Positions 7,689 through 15,757 of a stretch of DNA of 32,000 bases are shown in pieces. The stretch lies in the NCBI GenBank assembly GCA_038823825.1, contig JAWBCC010000003.1:90001-122000 (forward strand), written 5' to 3'. The notes below the pieces were generated by a model, which saw only the letters and a list, made by a program, of their open reading frames with translations, was not told the DNA's origin and did no database searches. Both the position numbers and the translations under genes were made by a program. Every line of letters starts with the position of its first letter. The stretch's first letter is position 1. Source of the stretch: Candidatus Hadarchaeales archaeon. Lineage in GTDB: Archaea; Hadarchaeota; Hadarchaeia; Hadarchaeales; Hadarchaeaceae.

Positions 7689-8390
7689 ATGAGAAAACGT
7701 CTCTCACAGTCCGAGGAAGAATATCTAGAGGCGATTTACAGAGAAACTCGCACAGGCAAGGATGCAAAAATCTCCAAGCTGGCTTCATCGCTCAAGGTAA
7801 AATCCCCAAGCGTAGTCCAGATGATAAACAGACTTTCCAGACGCGGCCTGACCAGCAAAACGAAAGAAGGAGTCCGACTTACAAAAAAGGGAGAAGCCTC
7901 CGCGGCGAAGATAGTTAGGAGACATAGACTGGCAGAACGACTTTTGAGCGACATTCTCGGCTGCGATCTTCCAAGCGTCCACGAGAAAGCCTGCGAGCTC
8001 GAGCACGTGATCGACGACGAACTCGCAGAAAAACTGGAGAAGGTCCTTGGAGCCCCCTCATGCCCTCACGGCGCCCCCATCCCCGACAGAGAAGGGAAGA
8101 CGCCCGACATAGGCACCATCCCCCTCAGCGAGGTGGGTGAGGGGAAAAAAGCCATCATCTTCAGGATTCCAGAAGACAGATTGGCCGTTCAAAGGCTTCT
8201 ATCCCTTTGCATTTTGCCCGGAGCCGAGGTAGAGGTGCAGAGGAAATCCCCAGGAGGTTCCGTGATCATAAAAGTTGGTAAAACAAACGTCGCCCTGAGC
8301 GGAGATCTCTCGAGAAATATAGAAGTCGCAAGTCCAGCCGTCTGGAGGAGGTTCAGACACAGATGGCGCTGGGGGATAAGAAAACCCTGA
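7689..8390 (+). CDS. DtxR/MntR-family metal-dependent repressor fused to a C-terminal FeoA (SH3-like) domain
   Basis: N-terminal wHTH SEEEYLEAIYRE...ISKLASSLKVKSPSVVQMINRL. Dimerisation and metal region RRHRLAERLLSDILG...HEKACELEHVIDDEL...CPHG. C-terminal FeoA-like GEGKKAIIFRI...RLLSLCILPGAEVEV. The 3' end overlaps feoB by 28 nt. Confidence 0.9.
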   Translation: MRKRLSQSEEEYLEAIYRETRTGKDAKISKLASSLKVKSPSVVQMINRLSRRGLTSKTKEGVRLTKKGEASAAKIVRRHRLAERLLSDILGCDLPSVHEKACELEHVIDDELAEKLEKVLGAPSCPHGAPIPDREGKTPDIGTIPLSEVGEGKKAIIFRIPEDRLAVQRLLSLCILPGAEVEVQRKSPGGSVIIKVGKTNVALSGDLSRNIEVASPAVWRRFRHRWRWGIRKP

Positions 8391-10327
8391 AGATAGCCCT
8401 GGTTGGAACACCAAACGTAGGTAAGAGCGTTTTCTTCCACCAAATCGCCGGCGCGGACGTGATCGTCTCAAACTACCCTGGGACAACGGTGGAAATTCAC
8501 GAAGCAAAGGTGAAAAGAAACGACTTTGAAATATCGCTCTTTGACCTGCCAGGAATATACTCACTTGGTGCACTCTCAGAGGACGAGATCGTTGCCAGAA
8601 AGGCCATACTTGAACAGCGCCCCGACGTCGTAATCGATATCCTCGACGCTTCCAATCTAGAAAGAAGTCTCTATCTCACGCTCCAACTGCTTGAGCTAAA
8701 CATCCCCCTCGTAATCGCTTTGAACATGGTCGACCTAGCCGAATCGCAGGGTCTTCATCCCAACCCAGATAAACTTTCCAAAATTCTCGGCAGCCCAGTG
8801 ATTCCAACGGTTGCGACTCGCGGAAAAAACATTTCTAAAGTCTTCGATGTCGCCATCACAATCGCTCAAAAAAGCACCAAACCAGAATGGAAGCCCAAGC
8901 TTTCAGGAGACCTCGAGGGCGCAGTCGGCAAACTTTCCCGCGTGATAAAACGTAAATTCCGAGAAATCCCATACAATCTTCCGCCAGAAACCATTGCTCT
9001 CCGAATTCTTGAAGGAGATGCCCACATCATAGAGACGATCGCCGAAATCGAAGGAAGCGAGGATGTCCTAGAAGAAGCGGAAAGACTCGTGAAAAAAATA
9101 GAAAACATCCGCAAGGAGCCGCTTGCCATCACCATCGCCCGCGAAAGACACAGCCTCGCCGCCATGATCGCAAAAAACATCACCGAAATAAAAAAGCCGA
9201 GGAAATCCAAGCTAGAAAGATTAGATTCAATTCTGACATCTCCAAAGACCGGGTTACCAATAGCTGCAATGGTTTTCGTTCTCGTGCTTCTAACTCTCAT
9301 ATACTTCGGCGGTTTGATCGAGGACATTCTCACAAATGGATGGGAAAATCACATTTCCCCATCTCTCACTTCAGCCTTCTCTCATATGGGCAAGCTAGGC
9401 GAGGCTCTGAACATAGGACTCAACTGGGGAATCCAAGGAATCCTCGCAGTCATCATACCATACATTCTTCCATTCTTCATCATTATGGGAATTCTCGAGG
9501 ACGTCGGCTATCTTCCAAGAATCGCCTTTCTTCTCGATTCCCTTATGCACAAGATAGGACTTCACGGAAGAGCTGTGATTCCCCTCTTCGGCGGTTTCGG
9601 CTGCAACGTTCCGGCCATCATGGCGACGAGAACCCTCCTTTCCAAGCGTGAAAGAGTTATCGCAAGTATTCTTATCACAATGATCCCCTGCTCAGCCAGA
9701 ACAGCGGTCATCCTCGGTTTGGTCGGAAACTATCTTGGCGTTCTCTACGCTCTAACAATATACGCCATAATCCTTTTCCTCATCTTTCTGGTGGGATTTC
9801 TCCTCAATCGCTGGATTCCCGGAAAAACCCCAGGAATGATCATGGAGGTTCCGCCACTCCGTGCCCCAGCTTGGAAACCCATCCTTGCAAACACGTGGAT
9901 AAGAATGAAACACTTCCTATTTCTCGCCATGCCTCTTCTCCTCGTTTCAAGCTTCATCATCGGGCTCATGCAAGTCGGAGGAATTCTCGATGCCATAGTG
10001 CCGGTTTTCTCTCCTCTCACCACAGGTCTTCTCGGACTCCCAGCCATTACAATCATTCCCCTCCTCTACGGTTTCCTAAGAAAGGAAGGCGGTCTTGTTC
10101 TCTTGGTGACCGTTGCCGGGACAAGCAACCTTCTGGAATTCATGACACCGTTACAGCTCTACGTCTACGTCCTCGTTCTGAGCATATACATTCCATGCGT
10201 GGCAACAGTCGCCGTCATAAGGAGAGAACTGGGCTGGAAGATTGCACTCTCAACAGCTTTTGGCACATTCATGCTCGCCGTAGCCGTGGGAGGTCTCGTC
10301 TTCCACTTTAATCCTCTTCGTCTATGA
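8363..10327 (+). CDS. feoB: Ferrous iron transporter FeoB (N-terminal GTPase plus polytopic membrane domain)
   Basis: G1 motif LVGTPNVGKS, YPGTTVE (G2), DLPG (G3), NMVD (G4), followed by long hydrophobic segments through to the C-terminus. Confidence 0.95.
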   Translation: MALGDKKTLKIALVGTPNVGKSVFFHQIAGADVIVSNYPGTTVEIHEAKVKRNDFEISLFDLPGIYSLGALSEDEIVARKAILEQRPDVVIDILDASNLERSLYLTLQLLELNIPLVIALNMVDLAESQGLHPNPDKLSKILGSPVIPTVATRGKNISKVFDVAITIAQKSTKPEWKPKLSGDLEGAVGKLSRVIKRKFREIPYNLPPETIALRILEGDAHIIETIAEIEGSEDVLEEAERLVKKIENIRKEPLAITIARERHSLAAMIAKNITEIKKPRKSKLERLDSILTSPKTGLPIAAMVFVLVLLTLIYFGGLIEDILTNGWENHISPSLTSAFSHMGKLGEALNIGLNWGIQGILAVIIPYILPFFIIMGILEDVGYLPRIAFLLDSLMHKIGLHGRAVIPLFGGFGCNVPAIMATRTLLSKRERVIASILITMIPCSARTAVILGLVGNYLGVLYALTIYAIILFLIFLVGFLLNRWIPGKTPGMIMEVPPLRAPAWKPILANTWIRMKHFLFLAMPLLLVSSFIIGLMQVGGILDAIVPVFSPLTTGLLGLPAITIIPLLYGFLRKEGGLVLLVTVAGTSNLLEFMTPLQLYVYVLVLSIYIPCVATVAVIRRELGWKIALSTAFGTFMLAVAVGGLVFHFNPLRL

Positions 10328-11149
10328 TTTCCGGAAAAGTTTTCTCACCTCTGAAATTCCCTTCCTCCCTATTTTTTCAGGTTCATCCGGATTAAAAAGC
10401 TCCACTATCAACGCTCCCGAATAATCGATTTTCCAGAAAGCAGCCACAATAGGTTTAAAATCGATTTCTCCCTCACCCGGTACGAGATGATCGTCCTTAA
10501 ACCCTCTATTATCGTGGACATGCACGTGAACGATTTTTTCGCAAAGTTTTTCGATTTTCTCAGCAATCTTTTTCTCCGGAGATTTCGACCTTTTTCTCTC
10601 GACCAAATATGCATGCCCAATATCCAAACATATCCCCACATCGAATTTTTTCAAAAGCTCAGGCAATTCCTCAAGCACAGCGTAAGGCCCAAAGGCCGAG
10701 CTTCCATTCTCAACCGCAATCTTCACATTTAGCCGTTTTGCAAATGCACAAACTTCTCTCATGGTCTTTTCGTATATCTCTCCAGCTTTCCTCCACATCC
10801 ACTCCACTTCAGGGATTGGACATTTTCCAGCGTGAAGCACAACGGGACCCCCGTCCAGCTTTGCGCAGACTTCAATCCCAGACTTAATTCTTTTAACCGC
10901 TGTTTTCCTGACCTCAGGAATAATGCTTGCCGGATTGATATCCCAAAAGCTGGCGTGAACAGAAATTTCCAAGCCGGCGTCCCTAATTATTCGACCGATT
11001 CTCTGTAGGTCGGGTTTCTCACATCCAGGCGCAAAGTGCGGAAAATCCCAGATGATTTCCACCCACTCTGCTCCGAGTTCAGCACAGACCTCCACAGCTT
11101 TCTCCAGAGAATACCTCGGGAACAAGAGTGTGGATAATCCGATTTTCAT
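10322..11149 (-). CDS. Sugar phosphate isomerase/epimerase (xylose isomerase-like TIM barrel, AP endonuclease 2 family)
   Basis: MKIGLSTLLF...AVEVCAELGAEWVEI, VLHAG, IAVEN and LDIGHAY motifs are typical of the family. The start is set at ATG 11149, 5 nt after GGAGGG. The listed 11218 start adds a 23-aa unlikely leader. Confidence 0.8.
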   Translation of the reverse strand: MKIGLSTLLFPRYSLEKAVEVCAELGAEWVEIIWDFPHFAPGCEKPDLQRIGRIIRDAGLEISVHASFWDINPASIIPEVRKTAVKRIKSGIEVCAKLDGGPVVLHAGKCPIPEVEWMWRKAGEIYEKTMREVCAFAKRLNVKIAVENGSSAFGPYAVLEELPELLKKFDVGICLDIGHAYLVERKRSKSPEKKIAEKIEKLCEKIVHVHVHDNRGFKDDHLVPGEGEIDFKPIVAAFWKIDYSGALIVELFNPDEPEKIGRKGISEVRKLFRKS

Positions 11150-11221
11150 TCTTTCCCTCCCCAGCTTTTCTGGTAGTGTTTGGTTTTCCACGTTATTATA
11201 AAATACCGGAAAAGGCACCGG

Positions 11222-11890
11222 CTATTTCTCATCTTCTTTCATGGCTTTGGTCGCTCTCTCGTGGGCAAGCATGATAGGCTCAGGTAATCGTCTCCCCCTA
11301 CATGTTTCGAGTGTTATTTTGATGGCGCTCTCAAGTGAAATTTTATGTCCAATGCTCACGTAGACCGGTTTCTCCCCTTTCAGCGTCCTAACAATAGCGC
11401 CGACGACTTCATCCCCATCGATCAAAGGTTCCCAAGCCCCGGCTTTATCTGCGGGAATCTTCCCCTCTCCAACAAGCTTACTTTTCGCCACCCCGAGAGT
11501 AGGCCTATCGATCACAACGCCAAGATGGCAGGCCAGCCCAGCTCTTCTCGGATGCGCGAGCCCCTGTGCTCCAACCATATAAACATCCGCTTCCCTGCCA
11601 GTCAAAACTTTCAGAAGTCCCTCGAGTTCTCTGAATGCAAGGAATGTCGGAATGTAGGGAAATGTTAGCTTGACAGGTGCGATTTTCTCCTCCAAATCTT
11701 CAAGCGTCCTGTAATCCAGCACTACGCAGGCCGCATAAGCCTTATCACCTCTGCTGAACGAGATGTCGCAACCTGCAATTCTCTCGATTTTAGAAAAATC
11801 GTTTTCTCTTTTCACGAGCTGGGCAACCTTTAGCTGTATCTGCTTTAGCTCCTCCAGATTTAGACTCTTCGGTTTGAGCAACGGTAACAT
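11222..11890 (-). CDS. nfi: Endonuclease V (deoxyinosine 3' endonuclease)
   Basis: IAGCDISF, AYAACVVLD, PYIPTFLAFRE and GLAHPRRAGLACHLGV are hallmark Nfi motifs. Confidence 0.9.
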   Translation of the reverse strand: MLPLLKPKSLNLEELKQIQLKVAQLVKRENDFSKIERIAGCDISFSRGDKAYAACVVLDYRTLEDLEEKIAPVKLTFPYIPTFLAFRELEGLLKVLTGREADVYMVGAQGLAHPRRAGLACHLGVVIDRPTLGVAKSKLVGEGKIPADKAGAWEPLIDGDEVVGAIVRTLKGEKPVYVSIGHKISLESAIKITLETCRGRRLPEPIMLAHERATKAMKEDEK

Positions 11891-11965
11891 CTCAAAAACA
11901 TCCTCATTCGGGCGTATTTAGCTATCGCGAAGATATTAATTCTTCCAAATTCCAAGTTTATCCCG

Positions 11966-12154
11966 ATGAGGCTGAAAGGACCGAAGTGCATGATCTGTGG
12001 GGAGAAGATACAGATAATGAGTATGGACTCGGCCTACGTGAAGTTTGTTAGACCTGGCGAAGCCAAAGGAATCTTCATCTGCTGGAAGTGTGCTGAAAAG
12101 GAGTTCGGCGAAGTCCTGCAGGATATCCTGACAAAGGTCGCTGGTAAGGGGTGA
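11966..12154 (+). CDS. Small zinc-ribbon-like protein (62 aa)
   Basis: Two Cys pairs, CMICGE ... CWKCAE. The stop overlaps the GTG start of the downstream primase-polymerase gene (GTGA), which suggests translational coupling. Confidence 0.55.
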   Translation: MRLKGPKCMICGEKIQIMSMDSAYVKFVRPGEAKGIFICWKCAEKEFGEVLQDILTKVAGKG

Positions 12155-13236
12155 TCTCCTTGACGGTCACTCCCCAAGATCACATCCTGATGACCCTAGC
12201 CATCAAAAGGATAGGAAAATTCGTAGATCTCGAACACATAAGGGAAAAGCTCTGCAGGGACGGAGGAAGGGATTTCTCTCTGGAAGAGACGAAGATGCTT
12301 TTAGATTCATTGATCGGAAAGGGTCTCGTGCAGGAGAAAGGAGGGGAGTACGCTCTCACGGAAAAGGGCCGCGACTTTTTCGAGAAAAGATGGAGAGAAG
12401 TTAAAGATCATCTGAATCAAGACTATCTAAAGGTCTACCGGGCAAAGCGATATTACCCCCATGTTTCTAAAACCATCCTAGAGTTCTGCAAGGACAGATA
12501 CGTTTCAGTTTTCAGGCTCTTTACAGACCGTGCCTGGCTTCAAAGGAAACTCGGTCCCCGCTGGATAACGATAAAGAGCGAGGACGACATACAATACTGG
12601 CTGGACATTCACGGCATCGATTTCATCCCCTACATTCACAGAATTGGAAGCGATAGGCCCGACTGGCTCGTCATAGATTTTGACGCCGGAAAGAAAGTAG
12701 AGTTCGAGCAGACGAAGAAGGTTGTCATGACAGCCGCCGAAGTTTTACATAATTACGGAATCGAGGTTGCGTTGAAGTTCAGCGGTTCCCGTGGCTTCCA
12801 GCTTTGGGCGGTTTTCGAGCCTCACGATCTGCCGACAGATTACCAACCAAAAAAGCTGAAAACGGAACGCAGGGAACGAAACTTTTTCACCTTTTACTCG
12901 GATATCATAAGATTTGTCGAAAGCAGAGTAGCGAAAAAACTCCCGAATCTCACAACCTCGGAAACGGCGAAAAAAGAAGAGAGGGAAGACAAAGTCCTCC
13001 TCGACGCCTCCATAATAAAGCCGATGGGAGACGTCAGGGCTCCCTATTCCATGCATCACCGAACTGGTCTCATTTCCATGCCAGTGGGTTTAGATGAGCT
13101 AGAGGAATTCGAACCCAAGCAGGCAGATCCAGATCTTGTCGTTCAGCGCTATAGGAAAAGGGGAAACGAATTTAAGCTCAAGCCTTGTGATGGTTCAAAG
13201 TTGTTCGAAGATTTGGTCAAATGGTGCAAAGAGTAA
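12151..13236 (+). CDS. Archaeo-eukaryotic primase (AEP) superfamily protein, LigD polymerase-domain-like, with N-terminal wHTH
   Basis: AEP catalytic motifs: WLVIDFDAG (DxD), KFSGSRGFQLWAVF (SGxRGxH-like) and LLDASIIKPMGDVRAPYSMHHRTGLISMPV (LigD-Pol-like motif III). N-terminal MarR-like LLDSLIGKGLVQEKGGEYALTEKGRDFF. Confidence 0.8.
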   Translation: MISLTVTPQDHILMTLAIKRIGKFVDLEHIREKLCRDGGRDFSLEETKMLLDSLIGKGLVQEKGGEYALTEKGRDFFEKRWREVKDHLNQDYLKVYRAKRYYPHVSKTILEFCKDRYVSVFRLFTDRAWLQRKLGPRWITIKSEDDIQYWLDIHGIDFIPYIHRIGSDRPDWLVIDFDAGKKVEFEQTKKVVMTAAEVLHNYGIEVALKFSGSRGFQLWAVFEPHDLPTDYQPKKLKTERRERNFFTFYSDIIRFVESRVAKKLPNLTTSETAKKEEREDKVLLDASIIKPMGDVRAPYSMHHRTGLISMPVGLDELEEFEPKQADPDLVVQRYRKRGNEFKLKPCDGSKLFEDLVKWCKE

Positions 13237-13298
13237 GACTTTCTAGATTATCCCTTTTCTTTCTGCATCGATTTCTAAAATCCAAATAGGAGGGCCCC

Positions 13299-13556
13299 CG
13301 CTGTTCCCCGACACACTAACCCCCGGCTTCATCGTTTGCCTTTTCGGCGCTCTCCGCCAGGTAACCCTCATGGCGGGGATTCCACGGGGACCTGATCGCC
13401 TGTTCCGCACAGGGGTTGTCTTCGGGTCATGGGCAGACGGTTCGCCACTTCCTCCCCGAAGGACCCGTCCGCGCGGTTTCTCGGCGGTCATAGCTCCAGT
13501 GTCTCCGCGGCCTTGCCCAGCGTTCATAAAAAATCCCGCTGCCCTCGTAGCCGCGG
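13299..13556 (-). ncRNA. Candidate three-hairpin box H/ACA guide sRNA. Being an RNA gene is fairly secure; the class and strand are tentative.
   Basis: The block is about 65% G+C (hand count of one line) and sits in an intergenic gap whose only ORFs encode Arg/Pro/Gly-rich nonsense. On the minus strand there are three hairpins: 13505-13556, 13405-13476 and 13305-13390. Each is followed by ACA (13500-13502, 13401-13403, 13302-13304), lying 15, 14 and 13 nt 3' of the upper stem. GA/UGA K-turn or K-loop-like motifs sit above the upper stems. G.U pairs in the HP2 and HP3 helices favour the minus strand. Confidence 0.5.
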
Positions 13557-13645
13557 AACTCCCCTCTCATCGCAAATAACCATATCTCACGCAAAGGGTA
13601 TTAACTTAACGTTTCCAAGTTTATTATCTCACGAGGGGTGCGGTA

Positions 13646-15718
13646 ATGAAGAAGGTGTTCGTGATATGCGAAAAGCCGTCAGCTGTTCCTAAGATAGCTG
13701 AAGCGATAGCCGGGAGAAAGGTTACCCAGAAAGAGCTGATGGGTATCCCATATTGCGAGTTTGAAAGAGACGGAAAGCTCTTCGTCGTCGCACCGGCGAT
13801 GGGACATTTGTTTACTCTAAAAAGTATAAAGTCTCTCAAAGATTATCCGGTTTTTGACCTCAAATGGGTGCCCATCCATGAGGTCGAGAAAAACGCAAAA
13901 AATGCGGCTAGATTCATAAAAGCCCTGAGAGAGCTCTCAAAGAACGCAGAGGAGTTTATAAGTGCCTGTGATTTTGACGTCGAAGGAAGCGTTATTGCCT
14001 TCAACGTTCTCCGCTTCATCTGCGGGAGTGATGTCATATCCAAAGCGAGGAGGATGAAGTTCTCCACGCTCACCCGCGAAGAGTTAAAGAAATCTTTCGA
14101 GAATATGCTGCCCACATTAGACTTTGAAGTTATAAATGCCGGTCTCGCAAGACATTATCTCGACTGGTATTGGGGGATGAACGTCTCAAGATTTCTAAGC
14201 TCTGCAGCCGAGAAGGCTGGAAATAGATTTGTAAAGTTATCGGCCGGTCGTGTTCAAACCCCCACTCTTAAAATCCTTCTCGATCGCGAGAGAGAAATAA
14301 AGAACTTTGTTTCGGTTCCCTTCTGGGTTTTGAAAGCCGTGATCGAAATCGGCGGGGAAGAGTTCATCGCTGAACATGAAACAGAAAAATTTTGGGAGAA
14401 AGAAAAAGCTGAGGAAGTCTACTCGGCATGCCTTGGGCAACCGGCGAGGGTAGTCGAAGTCAAACGCAGAAAAATAAACAGAAATCCTCCACCTCCGTTT
14501 GATCTAGGAACGCTCCAGTCGGAGGCATACAGATGTTTTGGTTTCACACCTATGAGGACGCAGATGATCGCCCAAGATCTCTATCAAGCCGCGCTTATCA
14601 GTTATCCAAGAACGAGCAGCCAAAAGCTCCCCAGCTCGATAGGCTACCGCGATATTCTACAGAGAATTGCGAAAATCTCACCAGACTACGCTGAAATCGC
14701 TCTAGATCTTCTGAGACAGCAAAAATTAGTCCCGGTCGAAGGTAAGAAAACGGACCCGGCGCATCCGGCCATATTTCCGACGGGCGAGCCACCTGAAGAG
14801 CTCCCAAGCACCCATCAAAAGCTGTATGACATGATCGTCCGCAGATTCCTCGCTGTTTTCAGCAAGCCCGCTATGCTCGAAAGCACGCATGCAGATTTGG
14901 ACATAGGCGGTCAAAGGTTCTTCCTCCGCGGTCAAAGAATACTCGATCCAGGATGGCTTGAATCCTACGGAAAGTATGTTTCCTACGAGGAACAAATGAT
15001 TCCGGAGATAGAGAAAGGCGAAGAGCTGAAAGTCAAGAACATTCTGTTGGAGGAAAGAAGGACACAACCGCCGCCCAGATTTAACCCAGCATCGCTCGTG
15101 AAAGAGATGGAGGCGCGCGGTCTCGGGACGGAGGCGACCAGAGGCCCCATTGTGCAAACCCTTTACCAGCGCGGGTATATTCAGGGTAGACAGATAACGG
15201 TTACACGGCTGGGGGAAACCGTGGTTGAAAGTCTTAGGATATGTCCGGCAATTCTGAGCGAGGAACTCACCGCCAGATTCGAGCGGGAGATGATGGAAAT
15301 TCAGGAAGGAAAGGCAAATTGGGAAGACGTTGTCAAAAAAGCTGAGCGAGAACTCTCCACTTTGCTGGAAGAAATGAAAGCGAGGGAGAAAGAGGTCGGA
15401 GAGAGATTGATTGAGGCTTACAAGCTTGCCTTGAGAAAATCCTTTGGAAAATGCCCAAAGTGTGGAAAAAATCTGAGAATGGTGATTGCACAAAAGAGCG
15501 GGAAGAGGTTTGTCGGCTGTGAGGGTTATCCATCCTGCGACTTTTCTCTGCCACTACCTCAGCAGGGAAGCATAGAAATTCTAGATACTCCTTGCAAGAT
15601 CTGTGGTTGGCCGGTCATTCTCGTGAGAAGAAGTGGCAAGCGACCTTACAGAACATGTTTGAACCCATCTTGTTCGTCGAAAAATCGCTTGAAGGATGTG
15701 TATAACCAGCAGGAATAA
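13646..15718 (+). CDS. topA: DNA topoisomerase, type IA (archaeal TopA/Topo III-like) with C-terminal zinc ribbons
   Basis: Toprim N-terminus VFVICEKPS and ACDFDVEG. Active-site tyrosine context LISYPRTSSQKL. C-terminal CPKCGKNL...CEGYPSCDF and CKICGW...CLNPSC zinc fingers. Confidence 0.95.
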   Translation: MKKVFVICEKPSAVPKIAEAIAGRKVTQKELMGIPYCEFERDGKLFVVAPAMGHLFTLKSIKSLKDYPVFDLKWVPIHEVEKNAKNAARFIKALRELSKNAEEFISACDFDVEGSVIAFNVLRFICGSDVISKARRMKFSTLTREELKKSFENMLPTLDFEVINAGLARHYLDWYWGMNVSRFLSSAAEKAGNRFVKLSAGRVQTPTLKILLDREREIKNFVSVPFWVLKAVIEIGGEEFIAEHETEKFWEKEKAEEVYSACLGQPARVVEVKRRKINRNPPPPFDLGTLQSEAYRCFGFTPMRTQMIAQDLYQAALISYPRTSSQKLPSSIGYRDILQRIAKISPDYAEIALDLLRQQKLVPVEGKKTDPAHPAIFPTGEPPEELPSTHQKLYDMIVRRFLAVFSKPAMLESTHADLDIGGQRFFLRGQRILDPGWLESYGKYVSYEEQMIPEIEKGEELKVKNILLEERRTQPPPRFNPASLVKEMEARGLGTEATRGPIVQTLYQRGYIQGRQITVTRLGETVVESLRICPAILSEELTARFEREMMEIQEGKANWEDVVKKAERELSTLLEEMKAREKEVGERLIEAYKLALRKSFGKCPKCGKNLRMVIAQKSGKRFVGCEGYPSCDFSLPLPQQGSIEILDTPCKICGWPVILVRRSGKRPYRTCLNPSCSSKNRLKDVYNQQE

Positions 15719-15724
15719 ATCATC

Positions 15725-15733
15725 TTTATAAAA
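15725..15733 (+). promoter_or_regulatory. Possible TATA box for the COG1900 gene
   Basis: TTTATAAAA lies about 25 nt upstream of the GTG at 15758. It competes with a GGGAGG immediately before the start, so the leader structure is unresolved. Confidence 0.35.
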
Positions 15734-15757
15734 TAACTCATCCCAAGTAAAAGGGAG

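Noticed and set aside
7664-7918. 84-aa ORF overlapping the DtxR gene start
   Set aside because: It lies in a different frame inside a gene with clear DtxR homology, and the product is low-complexity and basic.
13521-13534. T-run TTTTTTAT (minus-strand reading) as a TATA box inside the GC-rich block
   Set aside because: It forms the apical loop of a hairpin whose stems (CAGCG/CGCUG and CCGCGGC/GCCGCGG) flank it symmetrically. It is therefore more likely part of the RNA than its promoter.
13289-13567. RNase P RNA or SRP (7S) RNA, which have about the right size and G+C for a thermophile housekeeping RNA
   Set aside because: I could not find the universal RNase P elements on either strand: GGAAAGUCC (CR-I), GGGUGAAA-type CR-II, or AGAUGAAU...ACAGAAnnCGGCUUA (CR-IV and CR-V) in the right order. 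A CCCCCGGCUUCAUCG string on the plus strand sits at the wrong end. The SRP helix-8 signature CAGGnCC-GGAA-GGnAGCA is also absent. A covariance-model search is still needed to be sure.
13243-13692. ORFs 13243-13527(-), 13370-13579(+) and 13429-13692(+)
   Set aside because: The translations are Arg/Pro/Gly/Ser-rich low-complexity strings in all frames. This is typical of a GC-rich structured RNA block, and there are no start-context signals.
14726-15493. 255-aa antisense ORF within topA, plus similar long antisense ORFs at 21613-22269, 23275-24057, 17681-18253, 30519-30974, 6568-7023 and 8866-9333
   Set aside because: In each case the opposite strand carries unmistakable family motifs (topoisomerase IA, HerA, PfkB, COG2122, FdrA-like, HsdR, FeoB). 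The antisense products are Ser/Leu/Arg/Phe-rich with no recognisable motifs.
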